Source: Octopus vulgaris (Eukaryota). From it: DNA of 64,000 bases. The stretch is taken from assembly GCA_951406725.2 (NCBI GenBank), contig OX597823.1, forward strand, positions 94,240,001 to 94,304,000, written 5' to 3'. The notes beneath the pieces are model-generated. The model saw only the letters and a program-made list of their open reading frames with translations, was not told where the DNA came from and made no database searches. Shown here piece after piece: positions 13,891 through 30,769 of this stretch. Each line of letters begins with the position of its first letter. Positions within the stretch are counted from its first letter, which is position 1. A program made the position numbers and the translations under genes.

Positions 13891-14237
13891 TATTGTTCTT
13901 TTCAGTCTGTTAAATATATTTAATATTTTGCTCGGTGTTTTAGCATCATGTGTAAATGATAATAATGCAGATGAGGAGGAGGGGTGGAGAAGAAGAAGTA
14001 GGAGAAGATTGAGGGTGAGCCTTAAAATTCAAGTCATCACTTATCCAAACCCCTGCCTAATATGCCATTTATTCCTTACATTATATAAACCACTTAACAC
14101 ATGTAGACAATATTCTACTTATTTATTTATTTATTTATTTAGTGGGTTTATTTATTGTTGTAACACTCCGTTTCTTAATTAAAACAGTCTCTTGTACTGA
14201 ACATAATAACAACAACAACAAAAATAATAATAAAAAT

Positions 14238-14289
<52 letters not shown>

Positions 14290-14292
<3 letters not shown>

Positions 14293-14492
14293 GTTTCAAA
14301 TCTTGGGACAGAGCCAGCAATTTCAAGGGAAGTGTAAATCGATCGTATCGATCCCAGTATTCAACTGGTATTTGTTTTATAGCACCTAAAATGATGACAG
14401 GCAAAATCGACCTCAATGGAAATCAGAAGGTAAAGACAGACAAAATGCTGCTAAGCATTTTGCCCGGCGTTCTAATGAATTTGCCAGCTCAT
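14290..14492 (-). mobile_element. Decayed SINE group A copy
   Basis: cgatcccagtattcaactggta...aggcaaaatcgacctc...gcattttgcccggcg...tgccagctca. Confidence 0.7.
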
Positions 14493-14493
14493 T

Positions 14494-14494
<1 letters not shown>

Positions 14495-14592
<98 letters not shown>

Positions 14593-14623
14593 CACAATGA
14601 TAATAATAATAATAATCACAATG

Positions 14624-14712
<89 letters not shown>

Positions 14713-14719
14713 CACAATG

Positions 14720-14787
<68 letters not shown>

Positions 14788-14794
14788 CACAATG

Positions 14795-14850
<56 letters not shown>

Positions 14851-14910
14851 CACAATGATAATAATAATAATAATAATAATAATAATCACAATGATAATAA
14901 TAATAATAAT
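14495..14910. repeat. (AAT)n array punctuated by a recurring cacaatgat variant
   Basis: The aatcacaatgat unit recurs six times within the array. Confidence 0.95.
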
Positions 14911-15454
14911 AAATGCCCTGATGCTGTACCAGGCTGTGGCTCTCGTGGCATAACTTATTGGAAGTGTTATCATGTACATTGTTTTGTCTTGGTATAAAAG
15001 ATGGGCTACAGTAAATATTCTGCTCAATACCACAGATTTGCTTGTCAGTTTTTGATCTTAAGCAGTTGAGCATGTCCCTTAGTGGCTGACGATATGTGCA
15101 TCTGTGATCACGAGCAGAAGTAGTGGGGGAGCATCATAGCCATGTGTTGAGATGAATCCTTTGGGGTTTGGATAATTCACCTCTGGAAACATGGGTGTTT
15201 TGTTCAACATTCTTAAACAATCCTTATTCAGGGACCTTTTGAGCGGGATAGGCTACTTCACCTGAAGAAAATCCTAACTGGGTCTCACCTGTAAGGTCAT
15301 GCGCAGTTTATCTTGATATCACTATGTCTTGCACATATGGTTGTGATACATGTGCCCGGTGTACCTTTATCAGACATGTAGTCATGATGGGTATACTGGG
15401 CTTCATATATTTTACCCTAGCGTCACTTTGATGGCCTGCACTGCTCTCTCACTC
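14911..15454 (+). mobile_element. Unclassified ~540-bp non-coding element in (AAT)n, longest copy
   Basis: Starts aaatgccctgatgc, ends ctctctcactc, flanked by AAT repeats. Homologous to the 11590 and 31497 copies. Confidence 0.82.
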
Positions 15455-15749
15455 AATAATGATAAAAGTATATAATTCTAAGAATAATATCCCCAGCACA
15501 GAGTAGAGAGACTGTTCGTTCTCGTCGAGCCTAATTCTTCGTTATAGTTCCCAGTCGCCAAAACTTGTTATTCGTTTGATCCACAAGGTGAAGGTTTGTC
15601 AAGAAAGAACTGTGGAAGGACGTGCCTGTGAATGCGCGACTGCCCCTGATCATTGTTGAAGAATTTCCATAAATGCCGTGACCTAATAAAATATAGCATC
15701 TAGCTCACCACTTTAATAATCTCTATGTACAGCACTACCTTTCCATCCA

Positions 15750-16072
15750 CTGGCACTCCGTCGGTTATTACGGCAAGTATTCCATTTGATCCGATCAACA
15801 GAACAGCCTGCTTGGGAAATTAACGTGCAATTGGCTGAGTACTCCAGAGACGCGCGAGCTCTTAACGTAGTTCTCAGAGAGATTCAGCGTGACACAGGAT
15901 GTGACCAGGCTGGCCCTTTGAATCGCAGGTGCAACATATTTATACTAGCTGAATGGACTAGAGAAATGTCAAATAAATTGTCTTGCTTAAGGACACAGCG
16001 CACCACCCGGAAATCGAACTCACAACCTTTCGATCGTGGTCCCAATACCTTTAATCATAAGCCACGCGTCTC
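15750..16072 (-). mobile_element. SINE group B copy
   Basis: Tail tggcactccgtcggtt...aacagcctgct; head agacgcgtggcttatgattaaagg...gagttcgatttccgg. Confidence 0.78.
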
Positions 16073-16722
16073 TACATTTACAACCTCTATACACAGCACC
16101 ACTTCAATTTTTTTCATATCCACCACCTTTAGTCAAATGTACTGTGCTTACCATTCCTCACAGTGAATTCTCTACACTACAACCTCCATCATCCCACTTT
16201 ATATTGCATCATTTATTACCCATAATGCCTCTCTATGATTCTCCTGACCCACACTCTGCTCTTCCTCAATTAATATATATTCAGACCACGCCACTTTCTC
16301 CAAAGCAGAAATGTCTCACCCCTCAATCAAACCATACATTAAGGCTCAATGAGAAAACCTCTACGTTGTCCCTGGACGGAATTTTGTTAGGAGATAAATC
16401 CCCCATTAAGTCAATCCCCACAATCAGACACTGGGTAATGAAGTTCTGAATTTTGATGGCATTCAAAAAAGAAATCGGTATTTTATTTTTGGCTGGACTG
16501 CGCTTTGTCATAGATCTATTCAGTCAGGGATGATGCCAGGGTTTAAACAACAGTGTTAGTTATGACTCTACTTTAATGTAGGGCATTCTTCACAGACGAC
16601 CGCCTCCATTGAAACAAACTTTACCGGTCACTACTTATTTATAACTAACAACACATAATATATTTCGTTTTTGGATTTGGTTTGCAAGATTGTTTATATG
16701 AGTTCGTGTGTTGAAGCATATT

Positions 16723-17149
16723 CTGTTGTGTCTGGGGAGAGTCATTTTCTTTTTGTGCCTTACACTCACCGTTAAAGTTTCTACTTTTTTTTCTTATTTT
16801 TATTGTCCTAAAATTTTTATTGCGTATTGCAACCTTTTCAATAGTTTTGACTCTGTCTGTTATTTACACTGCATTCCCTTTTGTTTCTGTATGTAAGCAT
16901 ATAGATATGTAAATAAACAGATCAATATACAGACGGATAGATATATATACTATATGAACAGATACATATGGATCCACGGATCCACACACATATAAAGATG
17001 CACATCTATACATACAAACATGGTACATAGTTGCATAACACAAGATGCAATGAAAAGTTTAGGACAATAAAAATAAGAAAAAAAGTAGAAATGTTGTCGG
17101 TGAGTGTAAGGCACAAAAAGAAAATGACTCTCCTCAGACACAACAGAAC
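16723..17149. repeat. Inverted repeat, ~110-bp arms, ~200-bp spacer
   Basis: ctgttgtgtctggggagagtcattttctttttgtgccttacactcacc...cttatttttattgtcctaaa (from 16723) is mirrored by tttaggacaataaaaataag...ggtgagtgtaaggcacaaaaagaaaatgactctcctcagacacaacag (to ~17149). Confidence 0.85.
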
Positions 17150-17246
17150 ACCTAATATAATTTCTAGAGGAGGAAACTCCACATGCTATAACTTTCACTC
17201 AATCTAATTCTACCGACCACCAACAACTTGCAAACACCACATACTA

Positions 17247-17795
17247 CGAGGGTGAGTCAAAAAGTAATGCCGTTTTGTTTAGGACAGGTATAATTACCAA
17301 CACAGGAACATGTATCATACATCAAAATGAAGCTGGTCCTCTGTGGATCACATCCCTACTTCTCAACGTAGTCATCGTTTCTCTCAATAGCAATGTTCCA
17401 CCTTCGAATGAGAGCATGTATCCCTGCCACGTAAAATGCTGTTGACTGTTCTTTGAGCCACTTCTTCACTACAGTTTTCCCTTCCTCATCACTGGAATAG
17501 TGTTTACCTCTCAAATCCTCTTTCATGGGGCCGAAGAGATCATAGTCTGACGAGGAAGTGAAAACTGTGGTGAAGAAGTGGCTCAAAGAACAATCAACAG
17601 AATGTTACAAGGTAGGGATACATGCTCTCATTCAAAGGTAGAACATTGCTATTGAGAGAAACGGTGACTATGTTTAGAAGTAGGTATGTGATCCACAGAG
17701 GACCAGCTTCATTTTGTATGTATGATACATGTTCCAATGTGTTGGTAATTATACCTGTCCTAAACAAAATGGCATTACTTTTTGACTCACCCTCG
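17247..17795. mobile_element. Fold-back non-autonomous mariner made of two inverted 3' ends
   Basis: TA-flanked TIRs cgagggtgagtcaaaaagtaatgcc / ggcattactttttgactcaccctcg. Arms 17247-17491 and 17548-17795. Minus translation SDYDLFGPMKEDLRGKHYSSDEE...GIHALIRRWNIAIERNDDYVEK is a mariner C-terminus. Confidence 0.92.
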
Positions 17796-17874
17796 TAGTA
17801 CCACCATTCAGACTCACACACATACAAGTACGCATGCGCGTGCGCGCACGCACACGTACGCACACTCCATATTA

Positions 17875-18063
17875 GTAGGAGGGGCAAGTCGATTACGTTA
17901 CCCCCCCCCCCCACAACTGTTCAACTGGTATTTACTTTCTCAACCCCAAAAGGATGAAAAGCAAAGTAGACCTCGGCAGAATTTTAACTCAGGAGGTAAA
18001 GACGGACGAAATGCCGCTAAGCATTTTGTCCGGCGTGCTAACCATTCTGCCAGGTGGCCGCCT
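17875..18063 (-). mobile_element. Decayed SINE group A copy
   Basis: caactggta...aaggatgaaaagcaaagtagacctcggc...gcattttgtccggcgtgctaacc. Confidence 0.72.
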
Positions 18064-19244
18064 CGACTCCATAGACGATGCTTCAACTCAAACAAGCTTT
18101 ACATATTTTTATCTCCAATCACACAAGCTCCAGTTTCCACAAGCTTCCCCAAAACACAAACAAAATATACTTCTTCGACTCAACGTAACGATACCGCCAT
18201 ATTACCTCACTCCGTATATTTCATCCTCAACAAATTCCACATATCTTTACTTCCTCTCAAATTAATTCCATATCTCTCTACATCATCTTAAAACACTTCT
18301 CCTACTGCTACTCGCCTCGATTTTACCTACTCTTACCACAACCTTCACCCAACGAATCTTAAAAGACCTCTAGCTCCACTCAAATTTCAACTACTGTTAC
18401 TCAAATAATCTCCCTAAGTGACTAAAACGTGTCAACATAAGAGTACCCCGGAGTCATGATCTGGATGCGGCCCGGCTACCTTAGAATGTAAGGCGTTAAG
18501 GGCCGAAGCACTTGCCTGAGGAAGGGTTTCTTCTCTGAAGACCTCCTGCTGTTCAGCTCCGTTAAAGGTTTCCTTCCACTGAAACTCCTCTTCGGTTTAC
18601 CTACTCGTAGAACAACCTCGACTCAAGGAACTTCAAACAAATCCTACCATCACTCAAATTCCATATCGCACTACCAACACTCACACAACCTCAATATATC
18701 GCAAAAACTCCACCCAAAATTTATACACCAAACCTCCGCCATTAATTCCGTATAAAATTGCCTCCATTCTCACAAACCTTACACAACACAATCGCTACTC
18801 GAACCAACGTCCTATACGTTATCGCGATTGCCTCCACCACCCCAGCACCCCGCTGCCACCGCCCCTGACACTATCGCCGTCACCGCCACTTCAATTATCA
18901 CTATCTCAGCGCAGACGCAATTTCTACTGAAAAGAAATATTAGTCAGAAAAGTTTATAGAAAACTAATTAGGCTTGATACCTACTTTTTCAGTGATTAAT
19001 TCTCAACTATCTTTATTGAGTGGAAATATCTATAAGAATAGAGATAAAAACCTTTGTTCATGTGTTCTTATGTGTGTGCACGCGTGTGTGTGTGTGTGTG
19101 TGTGTGAGTCTGTATGTGTGTGGGTGTGTGTGTATAGCTAGAGATATATAGATGTATAAATCTATTTCGGTGTGATTATATTCGAGGAAGAGAACGCGTA
19201 TTCGATGAGACTTTTTTTCCATAAATCGTTGACGTAAATTATGT

Positions 19245-22250
<3,006 letters not shown>

Positions 22251-22464
22251 AAATATCTAAACAGACGATGCAATAACAACTTTGAAGAGTGTAAAGTGAA
22301 GGTGGGGTAAAGAAAACAATTAAAGGAAACCAGATTGAACCCCCATCGCTACCCCCATCTACCCACAAAAAAACTAAAGAAAAATACTTTTAAAAAGCCT
22401 CATGGAATATAAATAACCTAACTAGAAAGATTTTTTTCCTCCCTGTTTGTGATAAAAAAAAATC

Positions 22465-23346
<882 letters not shown>

Positions 23347-23618
23347 TCATCTTTTTTGTTGGTGTTGCTTTTGCCTTTTTCATTTTTATTTTTATCTTTA
23401 TTTTCCTTGTTTTTTTTTGTCTTTTTTTTTTCTTTTTCCTCTGCGAAAAGTCTGGCGCTTGAATTCTTACATTTCTATTGTGTATAAATTGCAAAGTTCA
23501 AGATTGGTATCAGAAATAAATAGAAAACGAAATATCATTTAAGGCGAAGAGAAGGCGATGATATTCCTCAGTCGATTTCATCAACACCACAGCCATAATC
23601 ACCAACACCAACATCATC

Positions 23619-23672
<54 letters not shown>

Positions 23673-24062
23673 GCCACCATTTTCATCATCATCCTTAGTT
23701 GTCAACTATATCATTGCTTTAGCTTCTATTTGTTTTTGTTTTATTTTTCTCTTTCGTCACTGGGACCACGGGAATGCAAAACACCATTGCAACACTAGAG
23801 CATAATAGTAACTTTCTATTTATCTTAATCTTGCGTTAAATTTGATGTGGAGCCCAATGTTCTCAGTTCTAAATTCGCTGCTCAACTTCTCGAGTTCACC
23901 GCAACGTCTCACCAAATTATTCTAACTCTGAAAATTACCATTTTTAAATCTCACAATGAGAGATATTCAGCAATAGTACTTTGGAGTAAAGATTGTTTGT
24001 GATCATAACATGGCAAACCTGGTTTAGGACAAATGTTGCTGTAATTTAGCCCCAAGTGACAA

Positions 24063-25179
24063 GTATTTCGTCAGCCGCTACGTTCTAAGTTCAAATTCCG
24101 CCGAGGTTGACTTTGCCTTTCATCCTTTCGGGGTCGGTTAAATAAGTACCAGCTACGCACTGGGGTCGATGTAATCGACTTAATCCGTTTGTCTGTTCTT
24201 GTTTGTCCTCTCTGTGTGTAGCCCATTGGGAGTAGTAAAGAAATAGGTATTTCGTCTGTCTTTATGTTCTGAGTTCAAATTCAGCCGAGGTCGATTTTGC
24301 CTTTTATCCTCCCAAGTTCGATAAATTAAGTACCAGTTGGGTACTGGGGGTCGATCTAATCGACTGGCCCTCTCCCCAAAATTTCGAGCCTTGGGCCTAG
24401 GGTAGAAAAGGTAATACCCACCATAGCCTGGGGTGGAGAGCATAATTTCTTTCTTGTATCTTCATGTTTTTTATTAACCTTTGAAATCGGAGCAACTTTT
24501 CTGCCACACCCTGTATATACATTCTCTGCGGCACAAAACTGCAGCACAAAACTAGAAGTTTTGAGTGGAGTGGAAGACACTTAACTCGATCCCAGTGCTC
24601 AACTGTTGGTTATTCTATCGATCTTTAAAGCATCAAAGGCAGAGTTGGCCTCGGCGGAATTTGAATCGAAAGCGGCAGAATAGTCAGTAAGCCTACTGAC
24701 CGGCATTTTGACGGTCAAAACTGTCAACACGCCAGTTTAAAAGTTTATATGAAATGAAAACTAGAATACTTACCTTCAAAACTTAAGGAATATAATTGGA
24801 ATATCGAAGTTGTAATAAAACTCTTAGACAGGAGTAAAAGTAAAAGAATTGCTATTATTTCCATGGGACAGAAGGTTAAACATTACACTCCTTCGCCTAA
24901 AGTGAGAGTGACGAATGTATCTGTGGCAAACGACTGCTAAATCAGCAATTCGCTATTTTGGCGTATATACTTTGATTTGTTTTTGGTGGTAAGTAGCTTA
25001 CTTACCAACCAAAAATGCCCTGTTGATGATACTGAAATTCCAATGAAGGAGTCTTGGACCTAGGTTAGAAACCAGCTCTTTCTCTATTGGCAAGAAATCT
25101 TGAAATGAACTGAATAATGACATACAGATATACATACATGAATATATGTATATACATGCACGCATTCTCTCTCTCTCTA

Positions 25180-25239
<60 letters not shown>

Positions 25240-25991
25240 TATACAAGTACACATATATAATACAGACCTATACGTATGCATACGTATACATAATATATGC
25301 ATACGTATAGGTCTGTATTATATATGTGTACTTACCTTCCAGTCGAGAGATTCCCACGCTATTATCCTTCTCTTCTCCACTTTTGCCCGGCCCCACCTTG
25401 AATACTGCTGTCCACTGTGGTCTCCCTACACAAAACAAAATATTATGAGAATTGAAGCTCCCCAAAGGTCAATCACAAAAAAGATAGATGGCATGTCAGA
25501 CCTTGACTACTGGGGTAGACTAGAGAAGCTGAAATTGTATTCACTCCAACGACGCCGTGAACGCTACATTATCTGTATGATGTGGAAAATATTCCATCAG
25601 CACTGTCCGAATGATGTTGGCATCACCTTCAAAATGCATCCAAGGCTTGGACCACGTGCCATCCGTCCACAACAATAATCTAAATCGCATCACATAACGA
25701 CAATACGGCACAACTATTTCACCTCAATTGGACCCGCTCTCTTCAACATTACACCAGGACACGTCAAAAAAGAAACTGACCACACAAAATTCAAGAAGTC
25801 TTTGGACAAATTCCTTCAAACAGTACCGGACAAACCACCCACACCCGGATATGTCTCCGCAAACAATAACTCTCTGCTCGAATGGGCCTTGGTGCCCAAA
25901 TCCTGAACTGAAAGACTTCGCCAGGTGGTGCTATTAAGTTAGACATGGCCTGGGCCAATACTGGCCAAAAACCTTTCTAAGTTATTCTAAG

Positions 25992-26078
<87 letters not shown>

Positions 26079-26474
26079 CACACATACACACAAATATATA
26101 TATATACATATATATGTAATATGTATGTACGTATGCATGTATTCCTTTACTTCCTTATACAGGTTTCAGTCATTTGACTCTGGCCATGCTGGAGCATCGG
26201 CTTAAAAACTTTATATATACATTTTTGAAATAGAACTTGGGCCTGCTTAATTCATTTCCCTTTTGACAGATCATTCTTTATTTTTGCTTCTAATCCCACA
26301 GCGTGGGGACAAGCCAACATGACGCAGTTTCCGGTGTAGTCCCCGAGATCCTGACCAGGCACAGATTGTACAGGTTTTCATTATTAAGTTCATATCAGGC
26401 TTCTTATATGAAATCGCTGACTTCATACATACTCACACACAAAAATACATACATGCACTCGCGCATATATCTTT

Positions 26475-26524
<50 letters not shown>

Positions 26525-26560
26525 TATAGGTCTGTATTATATGTGTGTACTTGTATATGA

Positions 26561-26635
<75 letters not shown>

Positions 26636-27706
26636 ATGCGTGCATGTATATACATATATTCATGTATGTATATATGTATGTCATTATTCAGTTCATTTCA
26701 AGATTTCTTGCCAATAGAGAAAGAGCTGGTTTCTAACCTAGATCCAAGACTCCTTCATTGGAATTTCAGCATCATCAACAGGGCATTTTTGGTTGGTAAG
26801 TAAGCTACTTACCACCAAAAACAAATCAAAGTATATACGCCAAAATAGCGAATTGCTGATTTAGCAGTCGTTTGCCACAGATACATTCGTCACTCTCACT
26901 TTAGGCGAAGGAGTGTAATGTTTAACCTTCTGTCCCATGGAAATAATAGCAATTCTTTTACTTTTACTCCTGTCTAAGAGTTTTATTACAACTTCGATAT
27001 TCCAATTATATTCCTTAAGTTTTGAAGGTAAGTATTCTAGTTTTCATTTCATATAAACTTTTAAACTGGCGTATTGACAGTTTTGACCGTCAAAATGCCG
27101 GTCAGTAGGCTTACTGACTATTCTGCCGCTTTCGATTCAAATTCCGCCGAGGCCAACTCTGCCTTTGATGCTTTAAAGATCGATAGAATAACCAACAGTT
27201 AAGCACTGGGATCGAGAGTTAACTGTCTTCCACTCCACTCAAAACTTCTAGCTTTGTGCCGCAGAGAATCTATATACAGGGTGTGGCAGAAAAGTTGCTC
27301 CGATTTCAAAGGTTAATGAAAAACATGAAGATACAAGAAAGAAATTATGCTCTCCACCCCAGGCTATGGTGGGTATTACCTTTTCTACCCTAGGCACAAG
27401 GCTCGAAATTTTGGGGAGAGGGCCAGTCGATTAGATCGACCCCCAGTACGCAACTGGTACTTAATTTATCGAACCTGGGAGGATAAAAGGCAAAATCGAC
27501 CTCGGCTGAATTTGAACTCAGAACGTAAAGACAGACGAAATACCTATTTCTTTACTACTCCCAAGTGGCTAAACACAGAGGGGACAAACAAGAACAGACG
27601 AACGGATTAAGTCGATTATATCGACCCCAGTGCGTAACTGGTGCTTAATTTATCAACCCCGAAAGGATGAAAGTCAAAGTCGACCTCGGCGGAATTTGAA
27701 CTCAGA
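24063..27706. repeat. Large inverted duplication (arms ~24085-25282 and ~26525-27706)
   Basis: Unique sequence such as cattacactccttcgcctaaagtgagagtgacgaatgtatctgtggc is mirrored exactly as gccacagatacattcgtcactctcactttaggcgaaggagtgtaatg. ORFs 24180..24443(-) and 27347..27610(+) are near-identical. Confidence 0.96.
25334..25993 (+). mobile_element. 5'-truncated CR1/L2-group LINE 3' end
   Basis: RPHLEYCCPLWSP...IEAPQRSITKKIDGMSDLDYWGRLEKLKLYSLQRRRERY is typical ORF2 C-terminus. 3' stem-loop, short repeat ttctaagtta x2, then (TA)n. Confidence 0.9.
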
Positions 27707-27888
27707 GCATTTCGCCTGGCGCGCTAACGTTTCTGCCAAATCACCGCCTTAATGGTGGGAACTACCTGATACAGAAAAAGAAATGTATTTCTATGAAGTT
27801 CAATAAATGACAAGTTTTTTTCATGCAACATCATGTGTTTGTGTTTTTTTTACCTTCGAAATTGGGGCAACCTTTCTTCCGCATCCTG
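27277..27888. mobile_element. Tc1/mariner-type MITE interrupted by a SINE
   Basis: TA-flanked imperfect TIRs cagggtgtggcagaaaagttgctccgatttcaaagg / ccttcgaaattggggcaacctttcttccgcatcctg. Confidence 0.8.
27374..27751 (-). mobile_element. Dimeric SINE group A with 8-bp TSD
   Basis: TSD atggtggg at 27366-27373 and 27752-27759; tRNA head plus two core units. Confidence 0.88.
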
Positions 27889-28127
27889 TATTAATGCCTC
27901 TTTTATACTCATTAACGTGCCTCGGTTATATTCCTGCAGAGAGCTTTGGGTGCAATTTTGCCATGTCTCGTAGGAAGGTAAATATCTTGTCGACATTTTG
28001 AGCCAAGCAATGACAACGTGGCTAGTTCTTTTCTTTTGTTTCACGTCACATTTCAGAATTTCAGTAAAAAGGTTTGATAGATAAAGTTCTTTATTTTAAT
28101 CTGTTACTTAATAAGGTTAAAAGGTGA

Positions 28128-28462
28128 AGAGCCCCTTCGGTCAAGAATGCCCATGAGATTGCACCTAAAAACTTCCCCTCTGAGGTACAAGTGCGGGCAA
28201 GATTGTTTCTGGAAGGGCAGCAGTCGCCCTTAAATACCAGCTTCACCTCTCCACGCCACTGATGTTAACCAAGAGAAAGGCAAAGGGGCCGATACAGCTT
28301 GGTAGCATTGACGACGCAACTCATTTCTACACATGAGTGAGCTGGAGCAACGTGAAATAAAATGTTTTGCTCAAGAACACAACACACAGCCAGATTCTGG
28401 AATCGAACTCACCACCTCATGATTGTGAGCCGACGATCTAACCACTGAGCCATGCTCCTCCA
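28128..28462 (-). mobile_element. tRNA-derived SINE, group B variant
   Basis: Head ggaggagcatggctcagtggttag...gagttcgattccag; body homologous to the 41382 and 56935 copies. Confidence 0.82.
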
Positions 28463-28935
28463 CAATTACTTGGTAGCTACCTAACTTTTCTGAATAATAC
28501 AGGTAATAATACAAGATAATTTTAATGTATCTCTAACAAGTCAAAAGATAGATTACTATGTTTAACATTATGGCTGACACCTAGCTTTCTAGTTACGTAG
28601 CCAGACAACAATTCCTCTTGAAGTAGATCTGTTGAGTTTCTTTGGCTTTCATTCGCTCGGTGTACGGCAACACAGACTACCTGAACATTTGGAATACTTG
28701 TAAAGTAGCGCTTAACAAACTCTCCGTGTTATTTGCCCTTTGCAGCACATGCGTAGTGTGTATACGTATGTAACCACACACACACACACACACACACGTA
28801 TATATATATATATGCGTGTATATATATATATATATATATATATACGTGTGTGTGTGTGTCTGTGTCTGTGTGTGAGCGTTTGTGTAAGTGTTTATGTGTG
28901 TATGTAAATATACGTATGAGTACGTGTGTATGTAT

Positions 28936-28970
<35 letters not shown>

Positions 28971-29220
28971 AATATATGCATATGTATATGTATGCATGTA
29001 CATATGAATGCATATGAATGTATAAAGAGTAAACAAGAGTGGAGTTAATGTTTTAGGTATAAACATTATCAATATATATATATATATGGATGTATAGTGT
29101 TTTGTGCGTTTGTATATATATATGTACATATGTTATAAGCATATGTATGGACATGTTTATGCATATGTATGTACATATATATATATATTTATATATATAC
29201 ATATATACGCATATGTATTT

Positions 29221-29269
<49 letters not shown>

Positions 29270-29839
29270 TACATATACATGTTTGTGTGTGTGTGCGTGC
29301 GTGTATGTATACATCTATGTACATATATATATATATATGTATGTATATATATATACACATACACATATCATTGATATGGGAAGTAACGAAAATTAGAATG
29401 TAGTTTCAAAAATATGAAAAAAAAGAGACAAAATCAAAACAACATTCTTAAATTTAAAATCTTTCTCATGTTTGTTTTTGTTTGTTTTTTTTTCCTGCAA
29501 TTTCTTTCCTTTATTTTACTGAACACATCAAAAACAAAGAAATGTCCATAAAATGATACGTAGATAATAGAGATGGTTATATAAACACTAAACTAAATTC
29601 AAAACTTTATTTCAAATATTGTATTTTAAAATTTATCAAGAAGACTGAAAAATGACAACTAAAATCTAAAGTGTGTAACAAAAACAACAACAAAAGAAGA
29701 AATAGGATTGAGATATTAAAATTTAAGATTATAAGCAAGAGCGTTCATAAAATTAATTTTTTTCTCGAAAATCATAATTGTCTTTCATATTTCTAATGTG
29801 CTTGTAGATATCTCTAGTTTTTCATCTTTTGACTGGTTC

Positions 29840-29841
29840 CA

Positions 29842-29926
<85 letters not shown>

Positions 29927-29955
29927 CATTATTATTATTATCATTATTATTATTA

Positions 29956-30046
<91 letters not shown>

Positions 30047-30122
30047 CATTAATATTATTATCATTATTATTATTATCATTATCATTATTATTATCATTAT
30101 CATTATTATTATTATCATTATA

Positions 30123-30154
<32 letters not shown>

Positions 30155-30200
30155 TATTGTTATTATTATTATTATTATTGGTAGTAGTAGTACTACTACT
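29840..30200. repeat. (ATT)n/(ATC)n microsatellite array
   Basis: Directly visible. Confidence 0.96.
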
Positions 30201-30671
30201 ATCATTATTATTACTAGAACTTCTACATCCACTTTTACCACTACTATTACTATTATAGCTTTTACGTTATTTTAGTTGTCAGAGATGTTCTCTTGAGGTT
30301 TGGTGACATCAAGTCTCCTCAAATCTGAAGAATCTTTCTTGGGATTGTTGCTGAATATTAAATGGCACAATGGCACAATGGCACAATGCCACATTCCTAC
30401 AGGTCGATAATATGACTTTCAATTCCAATATCCTTCAGGATGTTGTGCCAAAACCCATCACTTACCACAGGAATAGTCTTACTCTTTTACACTCGCTTCA
30501 GCTCTTGCGTTTTGTCCTCATATTAATTTTCTCAATCTCTTTGTTATTCATTCTGTGACCAGGAGGCATTACGATGTATTACTCTGTACTTCTTGCCTAC
30601 AATAACCATATTTGATCTCGTTACTTCAAAAGCAAGAAAAGTCTTTAAGGAAAAATCCCAGCGTTGTTAAA

Positions 30672-30747
<76 letters not shown>

Positions 30748-30769
30748 TTATTGTTGTTATCATTATTAA

